From: an uncultured bacterium
GTDB lineage: Bacteria; Patescibacteriota; Minisyncoccia; UBA6257; 2-01-FULL-56-20
Assembly (NCBI GenBank): GCA_963718575.1
Contig: OY970358.1
Coordinates: 194,172-258,171, forward strand
Direction: 5' to 3'
DNA length: 64,000 nucleotides
Shown: positions 32,710 through 42,865 of the stretch, one piece after another
How the letters are laid out: each line of letters begins with the position of its first letter
Numbering within the stretch: the stretch's first letter is position 1
The notes under the pieces: model-generated
Databases searched by the model: none
The model's input: only the letters and a program-made list of their open reading frames with translations
Told to the model about the DNA's origin: nothing
Position numbers and translations under genes: made by a program

Positions 32710-32949
32710 ATCTCCCCTCCAATCGACAGAATGAATTATGTGCTTCCCTCCGAAAGATACTTCGGAAGAACCGCTAGTTTTATAGCACGAGAACAGTTAG
32801 TCGTCCAGAAGCCACACATATTGCGCCGCACGCAACAAGTGCCACCTTTCCAGAAAATTCGTGTCCGATAAAATCAGCACAGCACTCGGTGAAGAGTGCT
32901 GTGCTGTGGGCATCGGCTATTTTGTTATACTTTCTATATATCCCATAGC

Positions 32950-34173
32950 ATGCTCCCCTCATCCCGTAAGGCCTTCACCCTCATTGAACTTCTTATCGTT
33001 ATCGCGATCATCGCCATCCTTGCGGTGGTGGTGATCTTCGCCCTGAATCCCGCAGAGCTGCTTCGCCAGTCCCGTGACTCAAATCGCCTCTCCGATCTTT
33101 CGACAATGACGGATGCGATCAATATCTATTCCACCGATCAAGGAGCGGCAGTCGGATATTCCTTGGGGGCTACCTCAACCAGCTATCTTTCCGTCTCCGA
33201 TCCCTCCGCCACCTCAACCGCAGGTGACCAGTGTCAGGGGCTTGGCATGCCGTCGTCGTCATACGGCTACGCCTGTGCCGCAAGCTCAAGCTTTCACAAC
33301 GTGAATTCTCAGGGATGGATCCCCGTCAATTTCTTGAATATATCATCCGGAGCTCCCTTGGGAAGTCTCCCGGTCGATCCTACCGACAATACTTCTTCCG
33401 ATCTCTACTATACCTATGAGACAAATGGCACCACTTACGAACTTTCCACCTTCCTTGAATCGGTAAAGTATGCAAAGACAGGCGTGAATGACGGGTCTTC
33501 CGATCCTACCCTTGCCGAATCAGGATCAGGGGTTTCAACCCTTCCTGATACCGGGAGAGGCCTTGTTGGCTATTGGCCGCTGAATGAAGGGGTGAACAGT
33601 ACGGCACTCGACTGGTCAGGGGGAGGAAATAATGGGGCGTGGTACGGAACCGCATCAGGAACCTCAGGTTATTACACGTCGCCCGGAAAGGATTTTAGTT
33701 ATGCCGGTACCTTTAATGGCGTAAATAACGGTATAGGGATAACCGTGCCCACCTCGTCGCTTAAAACGAACTTCACATGGAGCGTATGGGTCAATTTCAT
33801 CACGCTTGCGGCAAATAACGTAGTTCTTGATTTCCAACGACCATTTATGACCGTCGTCAGCCAGAAATTAGACCAGGATGTAAACGTGAGCGGCACCGAC
33901 TATGCCGTCACCGGAGGGCCTATCATCGCCACGGGCACATGGTACATGTTCACGGGAACATACAACGGCGCAAACGAGTCGATTTATGTGAACGGATCGC
34001 TCGCCGCAAGCGCCGGCGTTTCCGGGGCGCAATCGTTCAACGCAACGTTTTGTATCGGTGCGCACGGCGGGTGTTCGAGCCTCTATTCAAATGCATACAT
34101 TCAGGATGTGCGCATCTACGACCGCGTGCTTTCCGCTTCCGAAATCCAGGAGATGTACAACGCCGAGAAATAG
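32950..34173 (+). CDS. Type IV pilin-like protein with C-terminal LamG/ConA domain
   Basis: AFTLIELLIVIAII methylation motif; GLVGYWPLNEG, DVRIYDRVLSASEI. Confidence 0.9.
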   Translation: MLPSSRKAFTLIELLIVIAIIAILAVVVIFALNPAELLRQSRDSNRLSDLSTMTDAINIYSTDQGAAVGYSLGATSTSYLSVSDPSATSTAGDQCQGLGMPSSSYGYACAASSSFHNVNSQGWIPVNFLNISSGAPLGSLPVDPTDNTSSDLYYTYETNGTTYELSTFLESVKYAKTGVNDGSSDPTLAESGSGVSTLPDTGRGLVGYWPLNEGVNSTALDWSGGGNNGAWYGTASGTSGYYTSPGKDFSYAGTFNGVNNGIGITVPTSSLKTNFTWSVWVNFITLAANNVVLDFQRPFMTVVSQKLDQDVNVSGTDYAVTGGPIIATGTWYMFTGTYNGANESIYVNGSLAASAGVSGAQSFNATFCIGAHGGCSSLYSNAYIQDVRIYDRVLSASEIQEMYNAEK

Positions 34174-34276
34174 GAGGAAAAGCTCGTATTTCCCTGTCTC
34201 TATGCAGAAGCTTGACAAAGAATAATATTGTGATATATAATATACGAGGTATTCTTAGCAAGACAAGGAGAGGAAT

Positions 34277-34738
34277 ATGAAGCAAGTGGACGCGGCCAAT
34301 CCCTATCAGGATGGCGAGCTTGGAACGGGCGGCACGGCGGATCATATGCTGTTGCGCCAGTATGAATTTCCCGACACATACGACGACAACCATGAACATC
34401 TGCTCACGATCGATCACGATGCCTGCATGAGGAAGGATCACGACCACGCCCTCATGTGCATCCATCAATACACGCAGCGCGACCGTAGCAGCCTGGATAT
34501 ATGGCTGGAGATGGCCTCGAATAATCGAATTCTGGATTTTCTAAAGGCCATTCTCAAAGCCGATCCGGACATCACATGGACCGGCTATCGCATCCTCGGC
34601 TCCGCAAGTTCCCTCGGAACTATTTGGACGCTGGAACTTTTCGCAAAGGATCCGTATGGCGCCACGCCGGTTTACACCGGAATGGATTCCCCGAATGTGA
34701 GGGGACGCCAGACCCTCCTCTTTGCCAATGTTCATTAA
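34277..34738 (+). CDS. Hypothetical protein (SD-led cassette)
   Basis: TTGACA-N18-TATAAT (34212-34241), AAGGAGAGG SD, terminator 34750-34780. Confidence 0.7.
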   Translation: MKQVDAANPYQDGELGTGGTADHMLLRQYEFPDTYDDNHEHLLTIDHDACMRKDHDHALMCIHQYTQRDRSSLDIWLEMASNNRILDFLKAILKADPDITWTGYRILGSASSLGTIWTLELFAKDPYGATPVYTGMDSPNVRGRQTLLFANVH

Positions 34739-34849
34739 GCAGCCACCCTGGCCCCCGACATTGTCGGGGGCCATTTTTTTAGCACGACAACCTTATAGCA
34801 TGCGGCACGCGAGACCTTTTTTGCGGATTTCGTAGTATCCTTAATTGGA

Positions 34850-36229
34850 GTGACCCATCCCACCAAACAAAGCAATCTTTTTTTTGCCGTAACGGCCGTC
34901 GTCGCGTCAGCGTTCGTGACGGGGCTTTTTATTTTTATGATGACCGCGCACGCGCCGGCCGCCGACGCGCAGACGGCGTCGTCCGGCGCGACGAGCAGCT
35001 CCACCGAAACGACGGCGCAAAAACAACAGGATCTCGAAAACCAGCTCGCGGCGCTTACCACGCAGATCGATCAGTACCAGAGCCAGATCACGGTGGACGA
35101 ACAGAAAGGCAGCAGCCTCACCGGACAGATCAACACCCTGAACGCGCAGATCGCAAAGTTGAATCTTCAGATCCAGGCGATCAACCTCACCCTCCAGCAG
35201 ATCGGCAGCCAGATCACGGAGACCAATTCGCAGATCGGAGTCACGCAGGGCGAGATCGCAGGCGAGAAGGTCACCGTCGGCAACCTTTTGAACGCGCTCT
35301 ATAAGAACGATCAAGTCGGTTTTTTGGAATCGTTCCTTGAAAATCCTCAGCTCTCCACGTTGTGGAGCGATTCGGAAAATATTTCCCTCTTTGAATCGAG
35401 CCTCGACGCGGATGTCGCGCAACTGAATACGCTCACCGGGCAACTGCAGGGGCAGAGCCAACAGCTTGCGCTCTCGCAAAGCGCGGAAGCGACGGCGGAA
35501 GCGTACGCGGCGGCGCAGGCACAGCAGATCACGGCGAACAAAGCTCAGCAGGCGCAACTGCTTGCCGCCACAAAGAGCGACGCGGCGGCAAAGGCCGCGC
35601 TCGCTTCGCAGGCGAAGGCCACTGCGGCGCAGATCCGCAACCAGATCTTCCAATTGCTCGGCGGCGGCTCGCTCACCTTCGGACAGGCGTATCAATATGC
35701 GCAGGTGGCGTCGCAGGCGACCGGGGTGAACGCCGCGCTCATCCTTGCGATCCTCAATCGCGAATCGGCGCTCGGACAGAACGTCGGGCAATGCAGTTAT
35801 CAGACCGCGATGAGCCCGTCAAACATCCCCATCTTCCTCCAGATCGTCCAGCAGCTCGGGCTCAATCCCACGCAGATGCTCGTGTCATGTCCGAACGCCG
35901 ACGGCGTGTACGGCGGCGCGATGGGACCGGCACAGTTCGAGCCGTCCACATGGGAGCTGTATGTTTCGAGCATCGCCTCGATCACCGGCGACAATCCCCC
36001 GTCGCCATGGGACAATGCGGACGCATTCGTCGCAACCGCACTCTATTTAAAGGGCGCCATGCAGGGATGCGAGGCGGACTATACCGCTCAGCTCGACATC
36101 GACCGCTGCACCGCCGCAAAGTACTACGCCGGCGGCGACTGGAAAAGCTATCTCTGGACATACGGCGAAGCGACGGTGGAGCAGGAACAGACCTTTACGC
36201 AGGACATCGCTACGATCACGAGCTCGTAG
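34850..36229 (+). CDS. Coiled-coil lytic murein transglycosylase
   Basis: Long Q-rich coiled coil; AILNRES, GGAMGPAQF, SPW...DA. Confidence 0.85.
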   Translation: MTHPTKQSNLFFAVTAVVASAFVTGLFIFMMTAHAPAADAQTASSGATSSSTETTAQKQQDLENQLAALTTQIDQYQSQITVDEQKGSSLTGQINTLNAQIAKLNLQIQAINLTLQQIGSQITETNSQIGVTQGEIAGEKVTVGNLLNALYKNDQVGFLESFLENPQLSTLWSDSENISLFESSLDADVAQLNTLTGQLQGQSQQLALSQSAEATAEAYAAAQAQQITANKAQQAQLLAATKSDAAAKAALASQAKATAAQIRNQIFQLLGGGSLTFGQAYQYAQVASQATGVNAALILAILNRESALGQNVGQCSYQTAMSPSNIPIFLQIVQQLGLNPTQMLVSCPNADGVYGGAMGPAQFEPSTWELYVSSIASITGDNPPSPWDNADAFVATALYLKGAMQGCEADYTAQLDIDRCTAAKYYAGGDWKSYLWTYGEATVEQEQTFTQDIATITSS

Positions 36230-36327
36230 CGTGCGGCGCGGCCTGCCGGTCGCGCCCACTTCTGTTTATCTATTTTTAATAGCAAAGTGTTACACTATTC
36301 TCAGCGACTTCAGAAAGCGAGGGTTTT

Positions 36328-36444
36328 ATGGTGCATCGCCGCCGAAAAAACATGTTTAACGAATGGAATGAACAGCTGGATGTATTTGCGGAGATAAAAA
36401 AGGCTATCTTGCAATTCCTCCGAACAATCATGGGGACACATTGA
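36328..36444 (+). CDS. 38-aa small ORF
   Basis: TGnTACACT promoter, GAGGG SD, amphipathic MVHRRRKNMFNEW... Confidence 0.3.
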   Translation: MVHRRRKNMFNEWNEQLDVFAEIKKAILQFLRTIMGTH

Positions 36445-36497
36445 CGTACTAGCAGTTTAGAGGCATAATAGTGATAGAACGTTGCAAGGAGTGCGCC

Positions 36498-36797
36498 ATG
36501 AAAATCAAAGATGTTGCCCGGTTGATCGTATTCACCCTGCTTGTAATCACCTTCGGATCGCCCATGGCATCCGCACGCGAAAAATCCCACTGCAAGAAAT
36601 CGGAAACTGCTTATCTCTACCGCGTTGCGTGGCAATATCACCAGCACAATCATTGGACCTCAAAAGACAATGCCGACGCCGTCCTAAAAGCCGTTCGGCA
36701 AGCGAGATCCGTGAGTCCGACCGACTATTGGCTGGAGATGAAAACAAAAAAGGTGTGCTCCAGCAACCCGGCTCCACCCTCCGCCGAAAAGCACTAA
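36498..36797 (+). CDS. Secreted hypothetical protein (SD-led cassette)
   Basis: Signal peptide; TTGACG-N17-CATAAT, AAGGAG, terminator 36816-36845. Confidence 0.65.
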   Translation: MKIKDVARLIVFTLLVITFGSPMASAREKSHCKKSETAYLYRVAWQYHQHNHWTSKDNADAVLKAVRQARSVSPTDYWLEMKTKKVCSSNPAPPSAEKH

Positions 36798-36892
36798 TCG
36801 AAAATTCAATCCTCGAAGGGCCGACGACATCGCCGGCCCTTTTTTCTATTCATCGAGCGTGTTAGGTTGTACAATGATAAAATATTCGACTT

Positions 36893-37942
36893 ATGAAAAT
36901 ACTTGCGATCGAAACGTCGTGCGACGAGACGGGCGTCGCCCTGCTTGATGCGTCCGGTACCGCGAACGCGCCGCGCGTGCGCGTGATCGAAAACTTGGTG
37001 ACGACGCAGATCCCCATCCACCGGCCGTTCGGCGGCGTCGTTCCCAATCTCGCAAAGCGCGAGCATTTAAAAAATCTGCCTATCTTATTTGCGCAGCTGC
37101 AGGAGAAACATCCGCGGCTGAAGTTCGATCTGATCACGGTGACGGTCGGCCCGGGCCTAGAACCCGCGCTCTGGACCGGCATCACGTTCGCGCAGGCGCT
37201 CGCCAAGGAATACAGCGTGCCGCTCGTCGGCGCGAATCATTTGGAAGGACACTTGTATAGCTTTTTATTGTCATCAAAAAAGGAAGTCGCATTCCCTGCC
37301 GTCGCGCTCATCGTGAGCGGCGGCCACACCATTTTATTGAAGCTCGATTCGTTCTCCAAGTGGAAACGGCTCGGCGAGACGCGCGACGACGCCGCGGGCG
37401 AGGCGTTCGACAAGGTCGCACGCCTGCTCGACCTGCAATATCCCGGCGGCCCCGAGGTCGAACGCCTCGCCCGCATTGGCAATCCCGCCGCGATCGCATT
37501 CCCCCGCCCGATGCTTCATGAAAAGAATTATGACTTCAGTTTTTCAGGCTTGAAGACGTCCGTACTCTATTATATGCGCAGCCGCGCGGAACAAGCGCAG
37601 GGTGAAAATAAAAAGATGGCGGCGGGAGCGAACGCCGGCGCGAACAAAGCCGACGTCGCCGCGTCGTTCCAGGAAGCCGCGCTCGACGTGCTCGTCAAGA
37701 AGACGATCCGCGCCGCGCGCGATTTCGGCGCGCGCTCGGTGATGCTCTCCGGCGGCGTCGCGGCAAATAAGGCGCTGCGCTCTCGGCTGGCGCGGGAGGC
37801 AAAGAAAGCCGGCTGCGCATTCCTCGTGCCGGACTTTAAATACAATCTGGATAACGGCGCGATGATCGGCGTCGCCGGATACATGGCATACCTCCGCAAG
37901 AAGCGCTACAAGATCGAAGCACGCGGCGATATGGAAATCTAA
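36893..37942 (+). CDS. tsaD: tRNA t6A threonylcarbamoyltransferase TsaD
   Basis: IETSCDET, HLEGH, SGGHT, DDAAGEAFDK. Confidence 0.98.
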   Translation: MKILAIETSCDETGVALLDASGTANAPRVRVIENLVTTQIPIHRPFGGVVPNLAKREHLKNLPILFAQLQEKHPRLKFDLITVTVGPGLEPALWTGITFAQALAKEYSVPLVGANHLEGHLYSFLLSSKKEVAFPAVALIVSGGHTILLKLDSFSKWKRLGETRDDAAGEAFDKVARLLDLQYPGGPEVERLARIGNPAAIAFPRPMLHEKNYDFSFSGLKTSVLYYMRSRAEQAQGENKKMAAGANAGANKADVAASFQEAALDVLVKKTIRAARDFGARSVMLSGGVAANKALRSRLAREAKKAGCAFLVPDFKYNLDNGAMIGVAGYMAYLRKKRYKIEARGDMEI

Positions 37943-37944
37943 TT

Positions 37945-38820
37945 ATGCCAACACTTTTCCAAGCAATCATCCTCGGCCTTACGCAAGGCATTACTGAGCT
38001 CTTCCCTATCTCGAGCCTCGGGCACAGCGTACTCATTCCCGGCCTCCTTGGTTGGAATATCAACCAGAACAACGAAACATTCTTGGAATTTTTGGTGGCC
38101 ACGCATCTCGCCACCGCGATTGTGCTTTTCATTATTTATTTTAAAGACTGGGCGCGCATCGTGCGCGGCATCTTCCGCTCGCTCGCCGCGCGCGAGGTGA
38201 GCAATAACGACCCGGACGCAAAGCTCGGCTGGCTGCTCGTCGTGAGCACGATCCCCGCGGGCGTGATCGGCTTGCTGCTCAAAAACACAATCACCGGCTC
38301 ACTTCTTTCGCCGCAGTCGGCGGCGATATTCCTTACGCTGAACGGACTGCTGCTCCTGCTCGCCGAATGGCTGCGCCGTCGCGCCGGTCGCGCTACTTCG
38401 GCGGCAACGGCAGAAAGCCTGGTAAATAACGACGCGCGGATCGCGCACCGGCTATCGTTCTGGCAAGCGTTCAAGGTCGGCATCCTGCAGGTGCTCGCGC
38501 TCATCCCGGGATTTTCGCGCACCGGCTCGACACTCGCCGGCGGCTTAATGGTCGGGCTCTCTCACGAGGATTCGCTCCGCTACTCGTTCCTGCTCGCGAC
38601 GCCCATCATCGGCGCGGCGGCGCTGCTCGAGATCCCCGCACTCATCACGTCCGGCAACGGAGCGCTCATCGAGGTCTCGCTCGCAGGCGCCATCGCCGCC
38701 GCGCTCGCCGCATGGTTCGCGGTGAAATTCCTCACGCGCTATTTCAAAACCAACACGCTCGCACCGTTTGCGGTGTATTGCATCGCCGTGGGCGCAGTTA
38801 GTTTATTATTCCTCCACTAG
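37945..38820 (+). CDS. uppP: Undecaprenyl-diphosphatase
   Basis: QGITELFPISSLGH, PGFSRTG. Confidence 0.95.
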   Translation: MPTLFQAIILGLTQGITELFPISSLGHSVLIPGLLGWNINQNNETFLEFLVATHLATAIVLFIIYFKDWARIVRGIFRSLAAREVSNNDPDAKLGWLLVVSTIPAGVIGLLLKNTITGSLLSPQSAAIFLTLNGLLLLLAEWLRRRAGRATSAATAESLVNNDARIAHRLSFWQAFKVGILQVLALIPGFSRTGSTLAGGLMVGLSHEDSLRYSFLLATPIIGAAALLEIPALITSGNGALIEVSLAGAIAAALAAWFAVKFLTRYFKTNTLAPFAVYCIAVGAVSLLFLH

Positions 38821-38838
38821 CGCCGACGACGGATTGCT

Positions 38839-39183
38839 CTATTCCCCATACATCCTCGCCCGCGCCACCTCCAGCTCTTTTATCACCGCCTCATCGCTGA
38901 TCTTTTTAAATCGCGGGAACGTCTTCCCTTCCTTCGTGATATATTCCATAAACATCCGCAGCGGCCGCAGATCGAAAAGTTTTCCGGCTTTGTACACGCC
39001 GGCCTCTTCGTAGAGCGGTCGGTACACCACCATGTGCATATCCTCCACCGTGGCATAGTCCTCCGTGTGATGGCCGACGCCGATCACTTCGTACGCATAG
39101 TCGTTCACCGCGCCGTCGGGGTCGTGCTTGTAGTGATAATAGAATCCCTTTTCAGGGACTTCTTTTGGAATCTCAACTGCCAT
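38839..39183 (-). CDS. DUF1653-like protein
   Basis: YYHYK...YEVIGVGHHTE...VVYRPLY...RPLRMF...PRF. Confidence 0.75.
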   Translation of the reverse strand: MAVEIPKEVPEKGFYYHYKHDPDGAVNDYAYEVIGVGHHTEDYATVEDMHMVVYRPLYEEAGVYKAGKLFDLRPLRMFMEYITKEGKTFPRFKKISDEAVIKELEVARARMYGE

Positions 39184-39185
39184 CG

Positions 39186-39407
39186 TTATGAAACTTTCTT
39201 TGCGCTTGCAAACCAGGCGTAGACCAAGAGCGCAAGCCCAACCACGAGCGATGCGATGCCGTGCTTGATATGCGGCGTCGTCATGGCGATGTCATATCCC
39301 GGCATAAACATCGGCAGCATATCTGCAGGCGTCAGCCAGTAATAGATCGCAAGCACAATGAATGCCGCTCCGAACACCGCCGCAAGAATGTTTAATGTTT
39401 TTTTCAT
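39186..39407 (-). CDS. Small 2-TM membrane protein
   Basis: Two hydrophobic helices. Confidence 0.65.
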   Translation of the reverse strand: MKKTLNILAAVFGAAFIVLAIYYWLTPADMLPMFMPGYDIAMTTPHIKHGIASLVVGLALLVYAWFASAKKVS

Positions 39408-39428
39408 CTTTTTTAATTTATTAAAAAT

Positions 39429-39698
39429 TTATAAATAAACCTCGTCGATATAGCACCACATAAATTCTTCGCCAGGCGTGACCGACTTCATGATCGGATG
39501 CCCCGTCGCGTGGAAATGCTTCGTTGCATGCTTGTTTTTGGAACTGTCACAACATCCCACATGGCCGCAGATGAGGCACTCTCGCAGGCTCACCCAGGTG
39601 TCGCCGATCTTTATGCAATCCTCGCATACCGAGATATCCTTCGGATGGACGTCGCGGATCTGGTCGCGGTGAGTGCAGGTCTTTGTTGGTTCAGGCAT
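39429..39698 (-). CDS. UBP-type zinc-finger protein
   Basis: CEDC..W..LRECLICGHVGCCDSSKNKHATKHF. Confidence 0.92.
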   Translation of the reverse strand: MPEPTKTCTHRDQIRDVHPKDISVCEDCIKIGDTWVSLRECLICGHVGCCDSSKNKHATKHFHATGHPIMKSVTPGEEFMWCYIDEVYL

Positions 39699-39710
39699 GG
39701 ATTTATTATA

Positions 39711-40199
39711 TCATTTCGCCCGGCGGGCGCTCCCCGAACGGGCGGGTTCCTTCACAAGCCACTCCGAAATATAGCCCTTATATTTCCTGCGAATCGCGAG
39801 CGGGATGGTCTTGTAATCCCCGACCGCCCTGCGGCACAGCGGCGATCCGCAGGTGCACTTCATTCGCCACGTGTAATTTTCCGTCATGCCGTAATCCCAC
39901 GTGACCTCCTCGTCCGGCGCGATGTCGCGCATCGCGACGATCTTGAACCGGTCGCGGATGCCGCAATTCGGATCGCACGAGTGGTTTACGCGATCGGCGA
40001 TCCCTTTTGAGCCACGCCAGTGCCGCTTATCAAACTGAATGGCGTGATTATAGAGATAGTCCGTCCACCCGTCGAAGTCCCAGTCGTATATCTCGCCATC
40101 AAACACGGCGATGACCTCGCCTTTTTTTATTTTTTCAATCGCGAACACGCCTTTGCCGTGCTTGGGCGTCTTGCGAACGACGACTTTCTTGCTGTCCAT
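39711..40199 (-). CDS. SET-domain methyltransferase with post-SET
   Basis: GKGVFA, NHSCDPN, EEVTWDY, CTCGSPLCR. Confidence 0.92.
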   Translation of the reverse strand: MDSKKVVVRKTPKHGKGVFAIEKIKKGEVIAVFDGEIYDWDFDGWTDYLYNHAIQFDKRHWRGSKGIADRVNHSCDPNCGIRDRFKIVAMRDIAPDEEVTWDYGMTENYTWRMKCTCGSPLCRRAVGDYKTIPLAIRRKYKGYISEWLVKEPARSGSARRAK

Positions 40200-40262
40200 G
40201 GGCGTAAGTATACCAAATAGAGGGTCCCTTGACTTCATATAAGCATATGCTAATATCTAAAT

Positions 40263-40586
40263 ATGTCAGATCTCTGCAACGAAATAAATAAGTTCGGGAA
40301 GGGCATCGGGAACGCCGCGCGCTATCGAATCATCGAGGCGCTCATCAAGGAGCCAAAGACGGTGAACGAGCTCACGCGCATCGTAAAGCTCTCCCAGCCG
40401 GCGGTGTCGCAACACCTGAAAACGCTCAAAGCGTGCGATCTCGTGATCGACGAACGCCGCGGCAAGGAGGTGTTCTATACGGTGAACACGGAATACACAC
40501 TCACCCTGCTTATGAGCCTCGTGAACGATATGAATAAACAAAAGAAAAAGCCTCCGAATAAAAAGGCACGGTCGAGTAAAAAATAA
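40263..40586 (+). CDS. ArsR/SmtB-family regulator
   Basis: SQPAVSQHLKTL...RRGKEVFY. Confidence 0.9.
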   Translation: MSDLCNEINKFGKGIGNAARYRIIEALIKEPKTVNELTRIVKLSQPAVSQHLKTLKACDLVIDERRGKEVFYTVNTEYTLTLLMSLVNDMNKQKKKPPNKKARSSKK

Positions 40587-40616
40587 ATAAACTTATATAA
40601 AATAATCATTAAAATT

Positions 40617-41186
40617 ATGTTAAAAATAAAAGTAATCTTGGGAAGCATTCGGGAGGGGCGCTTTGGCGACAAGCCGGCGAAGTGGATATTCGAGAAAGCA
40701 AAGGCGAAAGGACTCGACGTTGAACTGTTGGACCTCAAGGATTATCCCCTGCCCGTGTTCGCGGAAGGACAGTTCCCTGCGGCGATCACCGATGGAAATT
40801 ATCCAAACGAGGAGGCAAAAAAGTGGGCGGCGAAGATCGGCGAGGCGGACGGATTCATCTTTGTGACGCCGGAATACAACCACGGCTATCCTTCGGTCCT
40901 TAAGAACGCGATCGATTTCATCTCTGCCGAATGGATCAAAAAGCCTGCGGCGTTCGTGGGGTACGGGGTGAACGGCGGTGCGCGCTCGACGGAGCAGCTC
41001 AAGGCGGTGCTGAACAGCAACCTTCAGGTGATCACCGTGCCGATGGGCGTCAATATGAACAGTCCCTGGGGTCTCGTGAGCGACCAGGGAGTGTTCGACA
41101 CTTCTTCATTCGAAAAAGCCGGCGATGTGATGCTCGACCAGCTCGTGTGGCTTGGCGATGCGCTGAAAGCCGCGCGTAGTAAGTAA
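40617..41186 (+). CDS. NADPH-dependent FMN reductase
   Basis: GSIREGR, TPEYNHGYPSVLKNAID. Confidence 0.92.
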   Translation: MLKIKVILGSIREGRFGDKPAKWIFEKAKAKGLDVELLDLKDYPLPVFAEGQFPAAITDGNYPNEEAKKWAAKIGEADGFIFVTPEYNHGYPSVLKNAIDFISAEWIKKPAAFVGYGVNGGARSTEQLKAVLNSNLQVITVPMGVNMNSPWGLVSDQGVFDTSSFEKAGDVMLDQLVWLGDALKAARSK

Positions 41187-41221
41187 ATAAATAAAAAAGT
41201 CCCTCGCAAAGAGGGGCTTTT

Positions 41222-41433
41222 TTACATCGGCTCGTCGGCCGATGGCCCGTAGGAATCTGGAATTGCCACGTCATTCAACCGCAGATATACGCCGAGCTGT
41301 GCGCGATGATGGATGAGGTGATTCATGAAGAACGACCGATACGCCACCGCACGCGCTCCAAAATTTTACGCGTCGTCGCCATTTCCGCGTCGAACTCGCC
41401 CAATAGCAGTTCTTTTACTGAAATATTATTCAT
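41222..41433 (-). pseudogene. DinB-family gene with internal deletion
   Basis: N-terminus ELLLGEFDAEMATTRKILERV joined out of frame to FMNHLIHHRAQLGVYLRLNDVAIPDSYGPSADEPM*. Confidence 0.8.
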
Positions 41434-41638
41434 GTTCTATTTTAGTTTTAATTTCTTTGAACTCGTTTTCCACCTCCACCAGCCGATCTTTACTCAACTT
41501 AATCAACTCCCCCGCCTCGCGAATCTTTACGAGCGCCTCTTCGAGATCGATCTCCTCCTGTTCCTCAAACCAATCCGAGATCCGCTTGATGTCCTCCAGA
41601 TATTTTTTTAGGTCGTGGGATTTTTGTGCCTTTGCCAT
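41426..41638 (-). CDS. xseB: Exodeoxyribonuclease VII small subunit
   Basis: IDLEEAL...LIKLSKDRL..VE; follows xseA. Confidence 0.85.
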   Translation of the reverse strand: MAKAQKSHDLKKYLEDIKRISDWFEEQEEIDLEEALVKIREAGELIKLSKDRLVEVENEFKEIKTKIEHE

Positions 41639-42791
41639 TGTTGATAGTTTTTATAATAGAGCCGATCTCGCCGTCCGCGACCGTGAGCGATAGCTCATCG
41701 CCCGCTGCAAGGCCGACCGTGCTCCGTACTACTTTACCATTCCTTCGCGCGATCGAGTAGCCCAGCCCGAGCTGGCGCGCCGGATCGTTGTGTTTGATCG
41801 CCTGCGCGCCGAGTGCGAGCGTGGCCCGCGCGTTCCCAAGCGACCGCTCGAATGTATTCACAAGCCCATCCCACGTGTTCGCGAGCGCATTCTGCACGCG
41901 CTGGAGCTCGAGCGGAAAACGATTGAGCAATCCGGCAAACTCGCGCACTTTTGCGTACGCCTCCTCCCACGACCGGCTGAGCAAATGCGCGGCGGCGGTC
42001 GGCGTGGACGTCATGTAGTCCGCGGCGAGCGCCATGAGCGGCACATCCTGATCGTGGCCGATGCCCGCGATCACCGGCACCGGAAAATCCATGACCTCGC
42101 GCACGAGCGCTTCGTTGTTGAACGCCTGCAACGACTCGAGCGAGCCGCCGCCGCGAATGATCACGAGCGCCTCGATCCCCGTGCCGCGCGAGCCCTCGTC
42201 GTCCACCATCTCGCGCATCGCGCGGATCGCAGCGAGCAGTGACGCCGCCGCTTGCGCGCCTTCCACGCGCGAGTCAATCACGTTCACCTTGAACCCGAAC
42301 TTTCCCAAATTATTTTCGAAATCGTGAATGACCGCACCCTTCATGGAAGTGATCACGCCGATGCGCGAAATGTAATCCGGCAAGACGCGTTTGCGCGCCG
42401 CGGCGAACACGCCCTCCGCTTCGAGCTTGCGCCGCAGATCGTCGTATGCTTTTTTAAGCGCACCTTCACCCACCAATTCCACCGTATCCGCAACGAACGA
42501 CAACCTGCCGTTGTTTGGATACACATTCGGATGGCCGTTCAGGATCACTTCCATACCCACCTCGAGCGCGATGCCGCAGAGCTGATAATTACGCGCCCAC
42601 ATGATCGCATCGAGCGAGCCAGGGTTCTCTTTATCTTTGATGCTGAAGTAAACATGTCCGCTCGCCGCTCGCTTCAACTCGCTGATCTCGCCAATGATCC
42701 GCGCGGATTGCGACTTGAAGAATACGTTGAGTACTTCAATGTACTCCGCGATAGTAAAAATCTTATCTTTCGCACGAATCGGTGTTGCCAT
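41565..42791 (-). CDS. xseA: Exodeoxyribonuclease VII large subunit
   Basis: GEIS...SGHVYFSIKD, RGGGSLE, GIGH..D. Confidence 0.95.
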   Translation of the reverse strand: MATPIRAKDKIFTIAEYIEVLNVFFKSQSARIIGEISELKRAASGHVYFSIKDKENPGSLDAIMWARNYQLCGIALEVGMEVILNGHPNVYPNNGRLSFVADTVELVGEGALKKAYDDLRRKLEAEGVFAAARKRVLPDYISRIGVITSMKGAVIHDFENNLGKFGFKVNVIDSRVEGAQAAASLLAAIRAMREMVDDEGSRGTGIEALVIIRGGGSLESLQAFNNEALVREVMDFPVPVIAGIGHDQDVPLMALAADYMTSTPTAAAHLLSRSWEEAYAKVREFAGLLNRFPLELQRVQNALANTWDGLVNTFERSLGNARATLALGAQAIKHNDPARQLGLGYSIARRNGKVVRSTVGLAAGDELSLTVADGEIGSIIKTINNGKGTKIPRPKKISGGHQADLGLV

Positions 42792-42865
42792 TGCCCTATT
42801 TTAACATTAAATTTTTGTTAAATGAAAATTGACAGTTGGAAACATTTTGATAAACTGAAGACTGC

